NCBI RefSeq assembly: GCF_001194135.2 | Contig: NC_068988.1 | Span: forward strand, 18,250,853-18,293,414 | Source of the DNA: Octopus bimaculoides | Lineage: Eukaryota | Length of the DNA: 42,562 bases | Direction of reading: 5' to 3' | Shown: positions 9,974 through 21,909 of the stretch, one piece after another | Numbering within the stretch: the first letter of the stretch is position 1 | How the letters are laid out: every line of letters begins with the position of its first letter | Notes under the pieces: generated by a model | Database searches by the model: none | What the model was told of the DNA's origin: nothing | What the model saw: the letters and a program-made list of their open reading frames with translations, nothing else | Made by a program: the position numbers and the translations under genes

Positions 9974-10612
9974 GATTATTCTATCTAGATTGCAAGTTCA
10001 GGTTTATACCTGTAATTATTGGGGCACTGGGATATGTAACACACTGCCTAAATACGAATGTTTAGAAATTAGCATACTCAAAACCAGAAAGGAGAAAGCT
10101 GATTCAAAGACTACAGATCCAAGCCATCACTGGAACTGTAAAAATCTGTAAAACTTTCCAGAAGTTTATCATTTAAGTATATATGAGCATGTCTTGACAT
10201 GCAACTGTATGCATGAGAATACATACATAAAACAGAATATGCAAATCTGCATATATACATTCATAAATGCATAAATGCATGCATACATAATACATACATA
10301 CATACATACATACATACAAAATACCAGTAGCATATAATGGTTATAGTGATTGTTTTACTGGGTGTGCGGCCACACCCAATGTAACCAAATTTCAAGCAGG
10401 TGTAAGACACAAGTTTTCCATTAAGATTCGTGATTAGATTAATGAATTAACTATTTGCGATGGGTGTGCAGTGCACACCTAGCACACCTGGAATATATGT
10501 CCCTGCAAAATACCTTGTTGATGTTGTTGAAATTCCAATGACGGAGCCTTGGATCTAGGCTAGAAACTGGTTCTTTATTAGCAAGAAATCTTGAAATAAA
10601 ATTGAATAATGA
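9974..10612 (+). mobile_element. R4/Dong-like non-LTR retrotransposon 3' end, copy 2, interrupted by a MITE
   Basis: RLFYLDCKFRFIPVIIGALGYVTHCLNTNV*KLAYSKPERRKLIQRLQIQAITGTVKICKTFQKFII* (stop 10174-10176). IPVIIGALG..LQ..GT.KI matches the R4/Dong/Rex6 C-terminus (VPVVIGALG..QK..LGTAKILR). 3' UTR homologous to copy 1; ends in (ACAT)n. Confidence 0.8.
10325..10505. mobile_element. hAT-type MITE, 181 bp
   Basis: Imperfect TIRs CAGTAGCATATA / TATATGTCCCTG (9 of 12 match); perfect 8-bp TSD CAAAATAC at 10317-10324 and 10506-10513; removing it restores continuity with the copy-1 UTR. Confidence 0.85.
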
Positions 10613-11010
10613 CATACATACATACATATTACATGCTGTGTGCATGCGATGTGTGCACGTGTGTGTGCGCGCGTGCGCTAGCAACTCAGAACAAAACACA
10701 AGACAAGGAAAAATGTTGCTAAAATGTGAGAAGCAACTCCGGGCTAACTGACATACATGTCAGCTCAATACAACAGACAACCCCTTCAACAAAATCCCCT
10801 GTAGTCCTAGAGACAGCACTTTTTCAGGAATGAAAGAGAGACTACATGCCGGAATCATGTGGCTTTTTCCTTGCCATCCCCTAAACTGATAATGGCATCC
10901 TCTCAGTGAGGTCTTGGTATCATGGTGGTGCCGATCACCCTTGTTGAACATATTTCTGAAGCAGCAACTCAATGAGGATTCAAATCAGAAAAGTTATGAA
11001 AGCATATGAA

Positions 11011-11388
11011 CATACAGTTCTACATGATCATACAGTTCTACATGATCATACAGTTCTACATGATCATACAGTTCTACATGATCATACAGTTCTACATGAT
11101 CATACAGTTCTACATGATCATACAGTTCTACATGATGAAACAGTTCTACATGATCATACAGTTCTACATGATCATACAGTTCTACATGAACATACAGTTC
11201 TACATGATCATACAGTTCTACATGATGAAACAGTTCTACATGATGAAACAGTTCTACATGATGAAACAGTTCTACATGATCATACAGTTCTACATGATCA
11301 TACAGTTTTGCATGATCATGCAGTTCTACATGATCATACAATTCTACATGATCATACAGTTCTACATGATCATACAGTCCTACGTGAT
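11011..11388. repeat. 18-bp minisatellite CATACAGTTCTACATGAT x21
   Basis: Counted directly (378 bp); variant unit GAAACAGTTCTACATGAT occurs four times. Confidence 0.98.
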
Positions 11389-11926
11389 CAAACATTTCTC
11401 TGAAATCTTATATATGGACAACATTTACTTTGTCACACAGAACCTGTAAATGATATCCACATGTACTACATATCTAATTATGTATTTGGCCACTTTGAAC
11501 TGCTCTGTGATGTGAAGGCTATCATTGATCCACATATTAACTGTTGATGTCCTGAACCTACAGAACAAACTTGGTCATATTGACAAATTGTGACCACTGA
11601 AAATTGACGACTACTTGACTATTGATGATACCTCCCTACCTTAGGCATAAAGTTTTTTCCAACCCTGAGCATGAAAAACTTCATCAAATTAAAACTGATA
11701 CCAATCTTTGGGTTGTTATGGTTAGCAGAGAAATGATGTTAATTAAAATTTGGTGCATTTTTCATCATATTACATCATACTACACTAGGTCATCTTCTAT
11801 TTATGACCCACTAATGTCTGCTCACAAATACCCAGTACAGCATGTATGTATACATATTTACGTGCATGCTCTCACACACACACACTTATAAATATAGACA
11901 AACATATAGGTATGCACACACACAGA

Positions 11927-11964
<38 letters not shown>

Positions 11965-11988
11965 TAGATAGATACATACATACATACA

Positions 11989-12063
<75 letters not shown>

Positions 12064-12611
12064 CCATACTAATATAGAATAGGGTTGTTAAATGTTAAGT
12101 ATGATGAGAATGATGGTATATGTTACATAAGGTGTGAATATTATCTGATACAGACCCAGTACTTGGAGAGTAGGGTAAAAAATATGCTTCCTCTATCAAA
12201 AAGTGATAGTTTACTCAAGTTTCACCTAGTGCCTGGTCGCACATGTGAACATGTTTTGATTTTCTACAGAATAAACTGGGTCTCAGTTAAATTTAACTAT
12301 TTTTGAATACCATAGCATCAAAAATTATCACAGCTAACATAGCAGTCAGAGATATTTATTTATTTAACTATCTCTCTCTCCCTATCTATCTTTCTACATA
12401 CAGATATTGCATGTGTGTGTGTGTGTGTCTGTGTGTGTGCGTGTGCATGCGTCTCTATATATGTGTATATATGTATGTGGGTGTGCATGTGTAAATAAGA
12501 GATCCATGTAAGCATATATATACACTAGTGTGTACATATATATGTATATATATATTTATACATGTTTATGCACACATATAAACATATATACATACATGCA
12601 TACTAACATAC

Positions 12612-12670
<59 letters not shown>

Positions 12671-12689
12671 GAAGTATATTTGTCACTTA

Positions 12690-14345
12690 AATGCAGCTGA
12701 CCCCTATATATATCTTAGATCCAATTATCTTGCCTTGCATGGTTTTGCCAGGTCTTTTCTAGCACACTGGTCTCCCCATTTGTGGCAGTTCTTTTACATT
12801 TCCTTTGTGAGGTTCACAACTTCTTTCCTTGAGTTTCCAGTTCTGCAGACCCCCTTCTCTTTGGATTGCATAGCTCTTCTTTTCTCTTTACTAAACTGTT
12901 ATCGTCCATTTGCCTCATATGTCCTACCAGCTCTGTCTTCTCTGTAACTCAGTCTTCACTACATCTCTCCTTATACACAGCTTTTTCTCTCAGCTGATAT
13001 TTTCTCCTTCATTCTTGCACGCTCTCATTACATATATACTGAAGCATGTTTGCCTCTTTTGTCTTTAGCCTTTACAGATCCAATGCTCCTCATTCTTTAC
13101 TACAATGCAAAATCACACATATACAAGCATCATAAACTTCAATTTTCATTTTACTCATACAGAGAATCACTTTGTTGTCACCAGGAAATTAATATCCTCC
13201 AGAATTTTTCTATACCATTCTTACTATGGTCACAAGGTTTTCAGAATACCTATATCTGTTACTTATCTGATTAGCATTAATTACATAACAGACAATATCT
13301 ACTTCTAGGTAACACTGAGAGCATTTAAAAGAATTTATTTTACCAAGTTTTTCCCCTGTTAGTCTTTTTTTCTGATTACATTGCATCCCATAGTTTAAAT
13401 TGGGCACACTGTACATGTTTTATGTTTTTTTTTTCTTGATCAATTCTTAGAGGGAAATAGGTTCTTTTTCACCCTTTTGTGCCCAGTTTACTTTGAGCCT
13501 TTTTGATTCTTGGTTTTACTTCTACATTTATAATTTCTTCCCTAATTCTTTAATGGATTCAACTATGGTACTAATTCATTGGCATGCATAATTTGGTGGG
13601 ACAATGTTTTAATTACATTCGTAATCAGTAGAATTTTAATGAACTAGAGAAAACTGTAGACCAAACCTTGATGGTCACCTACCTACACACTAGGTTCTTT
13701 ACTAAACTTGCTGCTGACACTTACCTTGGTTACTGAACTCCTATACAGAGCTTGCATAGATCTTACAACCCATTCATCCACACTTAATTTTCTTAGTGAC
13801 TGCCAACCAACAGAGCATGACTTGCTGTCAATGAATGCTAGCTATATCAGCTTAGTTTTTATTAAAAACTTCTGAAGTTGTCTCAACAGGAAGAAGTCAT
13901 CAATAGTTCTCTGCCCTGGCATAAACACGATCTGTATCACATTTATGTTAATTTTCTTCCTTATTAGTTGTACTCTAATTCTCTCTATTACTTCCATGAA
14001 TTGGTCAATCGTTTTGATGAGATATTTACTTGTGCTAGAGTACCACTTTTGTTTCTGTAGAAGTTGAGAATGATACTTCTACACTAGTCATTGGGAATGA
14101 CCATTTCCTGCACAAACCTAACAGAAAATGGGAATAATTATTGTGTATCTTAGTTCTGAGCATATGTTCAGCATCATAACCACTATCCTTAGACATTCAG
14201 CTATTTTCCTGGCTCATCTTTAATGGCCATTTTTACCATGTAGTTATCAATTTCAATAGTCAGACCCTCTCATTTGTTTAGTAAAGGCAGTCCATCTAAC
14301 TTCTATGTTCTCTCCTTGTTTGGCAGTCCTTTCAATAATATTTTG
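12690..14345 (-). mobile_element. Decayed RTE-clade LINE: RT domain to 3' end
   Basis: VQEMVIPND*CRSII, FMPGQRTIDDFFLLRQLQ..LAFID, SLRKLSVDEWVVRSMQALY, GDHQG, HANELV (decayed YADDL), VQCAQFKLW, YDAC, MDDNSLVK, VLEKTWQ. Confidence 0.85.
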
Positions 14346-14424
14346 ATATTTTATTTTTGCTTGAGGCAGTGAGAGCAGGTCTGCCACTATTATTCTATAA
14401 ACACTTCTCACTAATGACTTATAA

Positions 14425-14640
14425 CCCTTTCTAATACAGGCACAAGTCCTGAAATTTTGAGAGGAGGGAGTTAGTCAATTACATCGACCCCCAGTGTTCA
14501 ACTGGTACTTAATTTATTGACTTTGAAAGGATAAAAGGCAAAATTCATCTTGACAGAATTTGAATTAGAAATGCAAAGACAGATGTAATGCTGCTAAACA
14601 TCTTGGATTGGATGCTAACAACCTTGCCAGCTCTGCAATC
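14425..14640 (-). mobile_element. SINE family D
   Basis: ATTACATCGACCCCCAG..CTGGTACTTAATTTATTGAC..AAAGGATAAAAGGCAAA is the reverse complement of the family D motif. Confidence 0.75.
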
Positions 14641-14706
14641 CAATATACCTTGCTCTTCTCATCCACATGTTGCAGAACTTTGACAAACCTCCTAACTTTA
14701 CACTTT

Positions 14707-14922
14707 CATCATCATTGTTTAACATCTGCTTTCTATGCTAGCATGGATTGGACGATTTTACTGAGGACTGGTGAACCAGATGGCTACACCAGGCTCCAAT
14801 CTGATTTGGCAGAGTTTCTACAGCTTGATGCCCTTCCTAATGCCAACCACTCCGAGAGCGTAGTGGGCGCTTTTATGTGCCACCGGCACGAAGGCCAGTC
14901 AGGAGGTACTGGCAACGGCCAC
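14707..14922 (-). mobile_element. SINE-like family C
   Basis: High identity to 2708-2900 and 16905-17207. Confidence 0.9.
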
Positions 14923-15934
14923 TTTCCTCCTTGCTAAATGTACCTAAGGTCTAGATTTTCTTTATCTAATATTGTTTTGCTCCCACCTATCTTCCATTTT
15001 GTTTTCATCTATTTTTCTGTCTCTCAACATTTATGGCTCAAGCTATCACACTATCCCTTCATTATGATAACTTTATTTTGATTACGTAAATTTGCTTCAT
15101 TTGTGGAAACCTAAAATTTAATTGACTGGGCCATTTAATATGCTTTGGAGCTAATATTGTGAATTAGAGGCATTTTCCTTGATCAATAGTCAGATACACA
15201 ATGACATACCTCTATACCAAAATCATTATGACATCTGTGTTCTTAAGTTCAGCTGAGATAAAAACTATATCCAACAGCACTGCCTTCATATCCCACTGTA
15301 CAATAACTATAGAGGCAAACTATAGCAACCCTTTCATTCATTATATGTCTTCATTTAAAATGTAAATTTTTTGTCTAATTTGTAAATTAGGCCCATGCTG
15401 TTACATTCATGAATTAGAGATGAGCCTGGAGTTTTTGTTTTGTTCAACCATCTTCCTTTGTGTTTTTTTACATTGTTCTTCGGTTTTACACTTCTACCTG
15501 GCTTCATAATGGAAGTTGAGATTTACACAATGAGTAAACAATGAACAATACATAAATTTAGAAAGAAAGCACATGGCAAAATCAGCATAGAATCTACTGC
15601 AGCAATGTACTCTTACAGAAACTGTCAATAATCGATCAAAAAAATTTAATTATACACACACAAACACACACATGCACACACACACATTTATATTTATATT
15701 GTCCTGCAATATTATTAATTTTGTCGTATTACAAGTCAGAATGTTACCATTGGTTTTGTGCCATTGTGGTATTACTTAGTATGAAACTGAATGTAGCATT
15801 CTGAAAGTAATCATTAAATGCTGAAGGCAACAGTTATATGCCATAACACATAATATATTACTTGATGATATAAAAATATATACCTGCTATATTGAGCTTT
15901 TATCTTTTATTTCTGGCTTATGGGCATTTTGTTT

Positions 15935-16082
15935 AGTGGTTGGTGTTAGGAAGGGTATCCAGTAACAGACCCTTGCCAAAACTGCCAATTGGAACCTGAT
16001 GCAGCACTTTGGCTTGCCAGCTCCTGTCAAACCATTCAACCCAGACCAGCAGGGAAAGCTAACATTAAGTAATGATGATGAT
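15935..16082 (+). mobile_element. SINE-like family C, decayed 3' part
   Basis: GTGGTTGGTGTTAGGAAGGGTATCCAG..(GAT)n. Confidence 0.7.
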
Positions 16083-16237
16083 AAATACACATTCAGGCAG
16101 ACAGACAGACAGATAGATATTATTATCATTATAAAAAACAACAAAGAGTTTTGTGAATTTAGCTCCTCGGGGTTCCCTGACTAAAATATAAATCCCTTTT
16201 TAAAGTTGGTAAAAAACAAAGAAGACAGTTTAGTAAC

Positions 16238-16476
16238 TGAGCAAGACACTTTATTTCACGTTACTCCAGTACACTCAGCTTGCAAAAATGAGTAGTACCT
16301 CTATTTCAAAGGGTCAGCCTTGGCACACTCTGTATCATACTGAATCTCCCTCAGAAATATGTGAAGGGTACACATGTCTGTGGAGTGCTCAGCCACTTGC
16401 ATGTTAATCTCACGAGCAGTTTGTTCTGTTGTTCAGATCACCTGGAACCCTCGTCGTCGTAAGCAATGGAGTGCCA

Positions 16477-16477
<1 letters not shown>
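16238..16477 (+). mobile_element. SINE sharing the family A 3' half, with a different 5' part
   Basis: TTCAAAGGGTCAGCCTTG..CTGTGGAGTGCTCAGCCACTTGCA..GGAACCCTCGTCGTCGTAAG matches 999-1166; 5' part CTGAGCAAGACACTTTATTTCACG. Confidence 0.85.
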
Positions 16478-16510
<33 letters not shown>

Positions 16511-16612
16511 CAATAGCACTAGTGTAGCAATAATTGGGTACCCTCCCAGCAGTATACTGGATAGATACTATCCCTTAGTGGGTTGAACCACCAACCCCTA
16601 ACTCTCTCACAT

Positions 16613-16643
<31 letters not shown>

Positions 16644-16681
16644 CCCCACTCAGTTGAGGGGTCTTTCTTGTAAATTATTTG

Positions 16682-16852
16682 GTAAAAAGCACCCAGTACA
16701 CTTTGTATAGTGGTTGGCATTAGGAAAGGTATCCAACTGTAGAAACTATGCTGAAACAGATACTAGAGCTTGGTGTAGTCTTCTGGTCTGCTACTTCCTG
16801 TCAATCTGTCCAGTCCATACCAGTATGGAAAACGGATGTTAAATGATGATGA
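16682..16852 (+). mobile_element. SINE-like family C, decayed
   Basis: AAAAGCACCC..GTGGTTGGCATTAGGAAAGGTATCCAAC..GGAAAACGGATGTTAAATGATGATG. Confidence 0.7.
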
Positions 16853-16904
16853 CATTTGGTGGTGTCAATTGAAATTTCTAAATCCTAAAGATCTATCACA
16901 ATGC

Positions 16905-17207
16905 TCATCATCATCATCATCATCGTTTAACATCCGCTCTCCATGCTAGCATGGGTTGGACGATTTGACTGAGGACTGGTGAAACCAGATGGCTACACCA
17001 GGCTCCAATCTGATTTGGCAGATTTTCTAAAGCTGGATGCCTTTCCTAACGCCAATCACTCAGAGAGTGTAGTGGGTGCTTTTACGTGTCACCCGCACGA
17101 AGGCCAGTCAGGCGGCACCAGCAATGGCCACGCCCAAAACGGTGCACCCCACATGCCACCCGCACAAGAGCCAGTCCAGGGGCACCGGCAACGATCTCGC
17201 TCGAAAA
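16905..17207 (-). mobile_element. SINE-like family C, young-looking
   Basis: (CAT)n CGTTTAACATCCGCTCTCCATGCTAGCATGGG.. with CpGs retained. Confidence 0.9.
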
Positions 17208-17531
17208 ATTGTAGTGAGTTATTTTGAATTCAGATGGTTTAAGATATATATAAACCAACTGGATAGCATATATATCTACACTATCATATAAATCCATTAG
17301 GACATTGAGTATGTCACAAATGTTATCGTTTTTGATCCAAATAGATCTGCTTCTAAATAAGAGTGTTTTACATGCATACATAATGAGGTTTATTTCTTTC
17401 TCATCAATGTTTTTTATTTTAAATCTATCAGAAAATTGCCCTGCATCTAAGGAAGCTACATTACGAATGGGAGACCAAGTGTTGTAGGCTAGAGGGCTGA
17501 ATCGACATAAGTCTAAGTCTACTAGACACAA
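17208..17531 (-). mobile_element. Penelope-like element RT fragment
   Basis: Supplied ORF 17082..17531: LIMYACKTLLFRSRSIWIK..ILNVLMDLYDSVDI..LVYIYL resembles the PLE RT motif IIMHARKSLLF..WVKK..FDVTMGSYDGAEVCELVGL.IL. Confidence 0.6.
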
Positions 17532-18206
17532 TATTAGTTACAAATATTAAACATTGAAAACAAGCTAGAATATCACATTACTTGTTCAGTTTTGTGGAGA
17601 GGTCACATCATCTCATTATACCCACTTCCCTAGCATACATAATGCACAGCTGATATTTGTCTTACATCATTTAATAACCGTGTTACTTTTAAGAAACATT
17701 TTTAATTACCTGAACGAAAACTCTCCTAGAAAGATGAAAGGAATTTTAAACTTTCATTTTCCTGTCAATGAGTGGATGACAACAAAATCATAGCAATGTT
17801 GCACCATCCTGGATGCTGAATGCAATAACATGAAACATCATAACCAAAAATACAAGTTTTACATCTTGTCTGGCAATTTTCTTGACCAAAATAAATACAA
17901 ACTTTTCTGAAAGAAGATAAAGTTCAAATATAGTACTAAATTTATGATAAATTTGAGGTTTCATATTCTATTCTAGTATACTGTCACAGTATATGATTCT
18001 CTGTATTTACATAAATACAATCACACACGTTTCCTTATAAAACCACTTTAAAATATTTTTCAGTAAGTGTAGGATGACACTTTCTAGCTTTGCTCTTCAG
18101 CAAAATATACTTGTAAAATAAGGGTGCATCATATGTGAAAGTGTATCTTATATGCTTGCAAATATGGTATGAATGTGGTTATGTGTGTGTGTGTGTGTGA
18201 GTGTGC

Positions 18207-20960
18207 TCATCATAATTGTCGCTTTATGTCTGTTTTTACTGCTTACACAGATTGTCTAGGCCTTTTCCTGCATAGTGTCTTACCACTTGTTGTGGTACTC
18301 TGTCATGCGATTCAGCCTCCCTGAGACCATCTTCCACAAATTCCTTTCTTGCCTTCCTTGGTCTTCCTCTTTGGTTCTTCCAGCTTGAATTGCTTAGTAC
18401 TTCTTTACTTATCTGTTATCCACCATGCATATTACATATCTGTACCAGCTCAGTCTCGATTCCTTCTGTGCCTGTTTCTTTTTCTCTCGGTTAATTTATG
18501 CTCCCTTGTTCATGCACACCAACATTACACACAATCAGCAGAGCAAACTTGCCTCATTTCTTTTCAACTTTTGTACATCTGCATTCAGTGCCCAAGCTTC
18601 ACTTTCATTCAACATTGTATATCTTCCACATGCATTACACAATTTGCCCTTTACTCACAGAGAGAACCCCACTTTTATTCTTAGTCTGGCTACTATACCA
18701 TCAGAACACCCTTTTTCTCTACCAATTGGGTAACAAAAGTTATCAACTAAGTTTATAGAGTCCTCTGAATATTTAAAAAGAATTTATTTTATGGGAGCTC
18801 TTACTGCTAATCTCTCATATGCATCTGCTACATGCAAGATCCTTCTTCTCTGTCAGCATGTCTATATTCCTACTGCATCTCATGTGCACCCCATATTTTA
18901 CATTGGGTATGCTCTATGACATTCTTATCTCCTCCTTCTTCTGCATATCGAGCATGGCCACTTCCTTGGTGGCATCTGAGTCCTATCTTCTTTTCTGTGA
19001 ACTAAAACTTTTGTCTCTGCTAGGTTTTCTTAAAGACTTCTTGATTCTAGGCTTTGCTTCCAAATTTTGGAATGTCTTCTCTAATTCTTCAACAGATCCA
19101 GCTATGAGAACTAGGTCATCATCATGCAGAAGTTCACATGGAAAAACCAGTTTTTAACTGCAATGTTATGGGCTGGAAATGTTTTTAAAAAAGGAATTTG
19201 TGTTGAAAATGGAAACTTGATTGACACCTACCTACGCACTAAATTCCAAATTGAACTTGTTGCTAACTCTTTCACCCTGACGACAGCATTTCTATACATG
19301 GCTTGCATGGCTCTCTCAAGCCATTTATGTGTATTTACTTTTATTAGCAACTATCAAACTACAGAGTGTGGTACCCTGTCACTCTGACAAAGACCTTTAC
19401 CAGATAAGTGAATACTAGGAATATATATATATAAATATATGTTGCTCTTTGCTTAGATTTGTCTCAGTAAGAGAGAATCAACACTGGGCCATCTAATACA
19501 AACCCAGACTGCGTCTTATCTGAATTAAGTTTCTTCTTAATATGTTGTACTATAACGCTTTCTATTACTTCATCATTTTGATGCTCCAGAGCTGCTTGAT
19601 GGTTGAGCATCTCCTTGGTCCCTGTTACAACTGATGATGATAGTACAACACCAATTATTGGGTATCACATTTTCCTGTACTATTTGATTTGCTATGTGAG
19701 TAACTAGCCCATGTCTTCACTGGCTGCTTTCCCTTCACCTTTCTTGATATCCTTAATCATGCTTTCAGTCATATAGTTTGCAATTTCAGTAGTGGTCCCA
19801 CTGTTAGTTCTACTTGAGGTAGAAATGCTGTCTCCCTAAAGCCCTATTGAATAGTATTTAGTAGAGCTTTACTTAATTTTTCTCTCCTTGCTAAGCAAAC
19901 CTGTCGTCTAACATCTCGTCTACCCATCTGATAATACTCTTTGTTCCTGTCTTTCTTCCATTCTTTCCAGGTCTGGCTCTGAGATACTCTGGCTCCATCT
20001 GCCTCATTATTCCACTTTATTACCTTTGTCTGGCTGTAATCTTACTCCATGTAGAGATCTGGTCTGCAGCTTGTAGCAGGTTGGGTCATAGAAACACCTG
20101 GTTGCCCTCTATGTTATAGATCTCTAACTCTTCCCTCCCTCTGCACAACATATGTATCACTTACAACTTTGAACCTACATTTGGCTGCGGAATATTTCAG
20201 ATCCCATATCTTTTTGATCTAGATTGTTTCTGGATCTCTGGTGATCTTACACTAATCTCACTAACTCCTAGCCTATGTTGAGTCATACATGAAATACTTA
20301 GTATTCACAACCATCTTTCTATCCCATTTCCTGTTTTGTATGAAGTCCATCTGGAGTACATGTTCACCTGAGTTGTAGGTGACCCGGTTGATGGCTGGTT
20401 TTCTGAAGTTAGTGTTGCAAATATCTCAAAACTTCAAATGCCTTGCTTCCTCTTCATTCTGTGCATCTTAGCCTTCACAGGCATCAGAATAACTATCATG
20501 GTGTTGCTCAACATCTTCATTGAAGTCAGCAGCTATCAATAATGAGATTAGTGTAGTCTGTTATGAAGCTAGTCTACAAGATGATCTCCCAGAAATGGCC
20601 CTTTTATTCATTACTCAGTTCTGAAAGTGGTACATAAGCTGAAATCACTGATATTGTCATGTTGTTTGTAACTAATTTGCCACATACCCTGACTACCTCA
20701 GTTTCCCTTATCCATTTTCTGCCAACAATATGCCTAGTCATTCACTCAGGTACTGTTATCCACCCAGAAAATTTTCTACTCGTGTTCCTTGCCTGTGGAG
20801 AGTCTGGCTGAGGTTGCATTCCATCTTACCACTTGTTCACAGCACACATCTACTCACACCTTTGCTCTAGAATTTCTACAATCTATCCAGACTTATCTTC
20901 TGTCATGCCAGTGTTGATGGTGGAAGCCCTGAAGTTTGTGCACCCCTCATGGAGAGGAAA
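18207..20960 (-). mobile_element. Near full-length decayed RTE-clade LINE ORF2 (APE + RT + PHD-like zinc finger + 3' tail)
   Basis: VDVCCEQVVRW, KIFWV, ISAYVP, AADFNEDV, CNTNFRKPA, QMDFI, DRVPHSV, AMQAMY, ELLHDDDLVLIAGS (YADD site), WPCSICR..TQCKIW..RCS..CSRC, VKGKLCNAC, NESEAWAL..RNEASLL; tail ..CAGACATAAAGCGACAATTATGATG. Confidence 0.9.
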
Positions 20961-21909
20961 GTTTCTTGTGGTATTTTGGTTGTTTGGTGTCTATATTCTG
21001 CATCTGAAAGAAAGAGAGTTGGTGCTATCAGTTGATGACGGACGAAAGGGTTCTCACACATGGCCAAATGTTTCCACCTGTCCTCTACACTACCGTGCAC
21101 AGCACTAACATGGTAAGTGTTAGCCCTGTATACACAAGTAAGGTTTTTTATTGATTTGATTGTCATGTTTTTGACATGATTTTTTTACAGCTGGATGACC
21201 TACCTATTGTAAACCACATTTTATTGTGCACCTCAGACCAAGGAGATTGTCTGAGAGATCTGAAGTATACCCTTTATCCTCTATCTGCTTAAATTAGTCA
21301 CAACTCCCTTAGTCAGCTTGAATTCAATAAGGTAACCACATCTCTTCATTATAGATTTGTATTTAGAGTTACTGTTCTTTTATTGTTTCGACAGTGATTA
21401 ATGATATCCCCACCCATGCCAGCATGGATCGTGGACGTTAAACAATAATGATGATGGTAATGATGACAGTTCTCCAAAACAGAGGTGGGTTGCCATCTCT
21501 ACAGCTTTCAGAGTTTGTGCTTCCTCCAAGGTATAGGTAGCATAGACTACCGGCTTATTGAGACCATCCTGAAACTGACATAGTTTACTTTTAAGACTGT
21601 CTCAGATAGTTCGAAAGATGCTGTTATTCCAGCACAGATGGAAAAGGATATATATATACATGTGTGTGTGTGTGTGTAGATAGATAGATGGACAAACAGA
21701 CAGATAGATACATACATACACACACATACACAAGAAAGATTAGTTTAATGTTTATTTTGATATATAAATCTCTGTTTAAATTCAGTTTTTTTTTTAATAA
21801 TTTTTGTATTCATTCTGGAACCTGTTTTATTTTACAATTATCTCCCTTCTCCTCATTCAGAAGAAAAGCAGGGGGTGAATATAGTTTCAAGCACACTCAT
21901 GTAAATATG

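Noticed and set aside
10730-10970. GC-richer island upstream of the minisatellite with hairpin CTGACAT-AC-ATGTCAG
   Set aside because: No recognisable frame, splice pair or repeat partner.
11011-11388. CRISPR-like regular array
   Set aside because: Contiguous 18-bp units with no unique spacers, eukaryotic context, no cas genes.
11540-11760. Possible plus-strand RTE linker relic (LHQIKT..)
   Set aside because: Similarity too weak to support.
16510-16610. 100-bp unique insert between (TA)n tracts with a B-box-like GGTTCAACCC on the minus strand
   Set aside because: No A-box, no second copy, no TSD.
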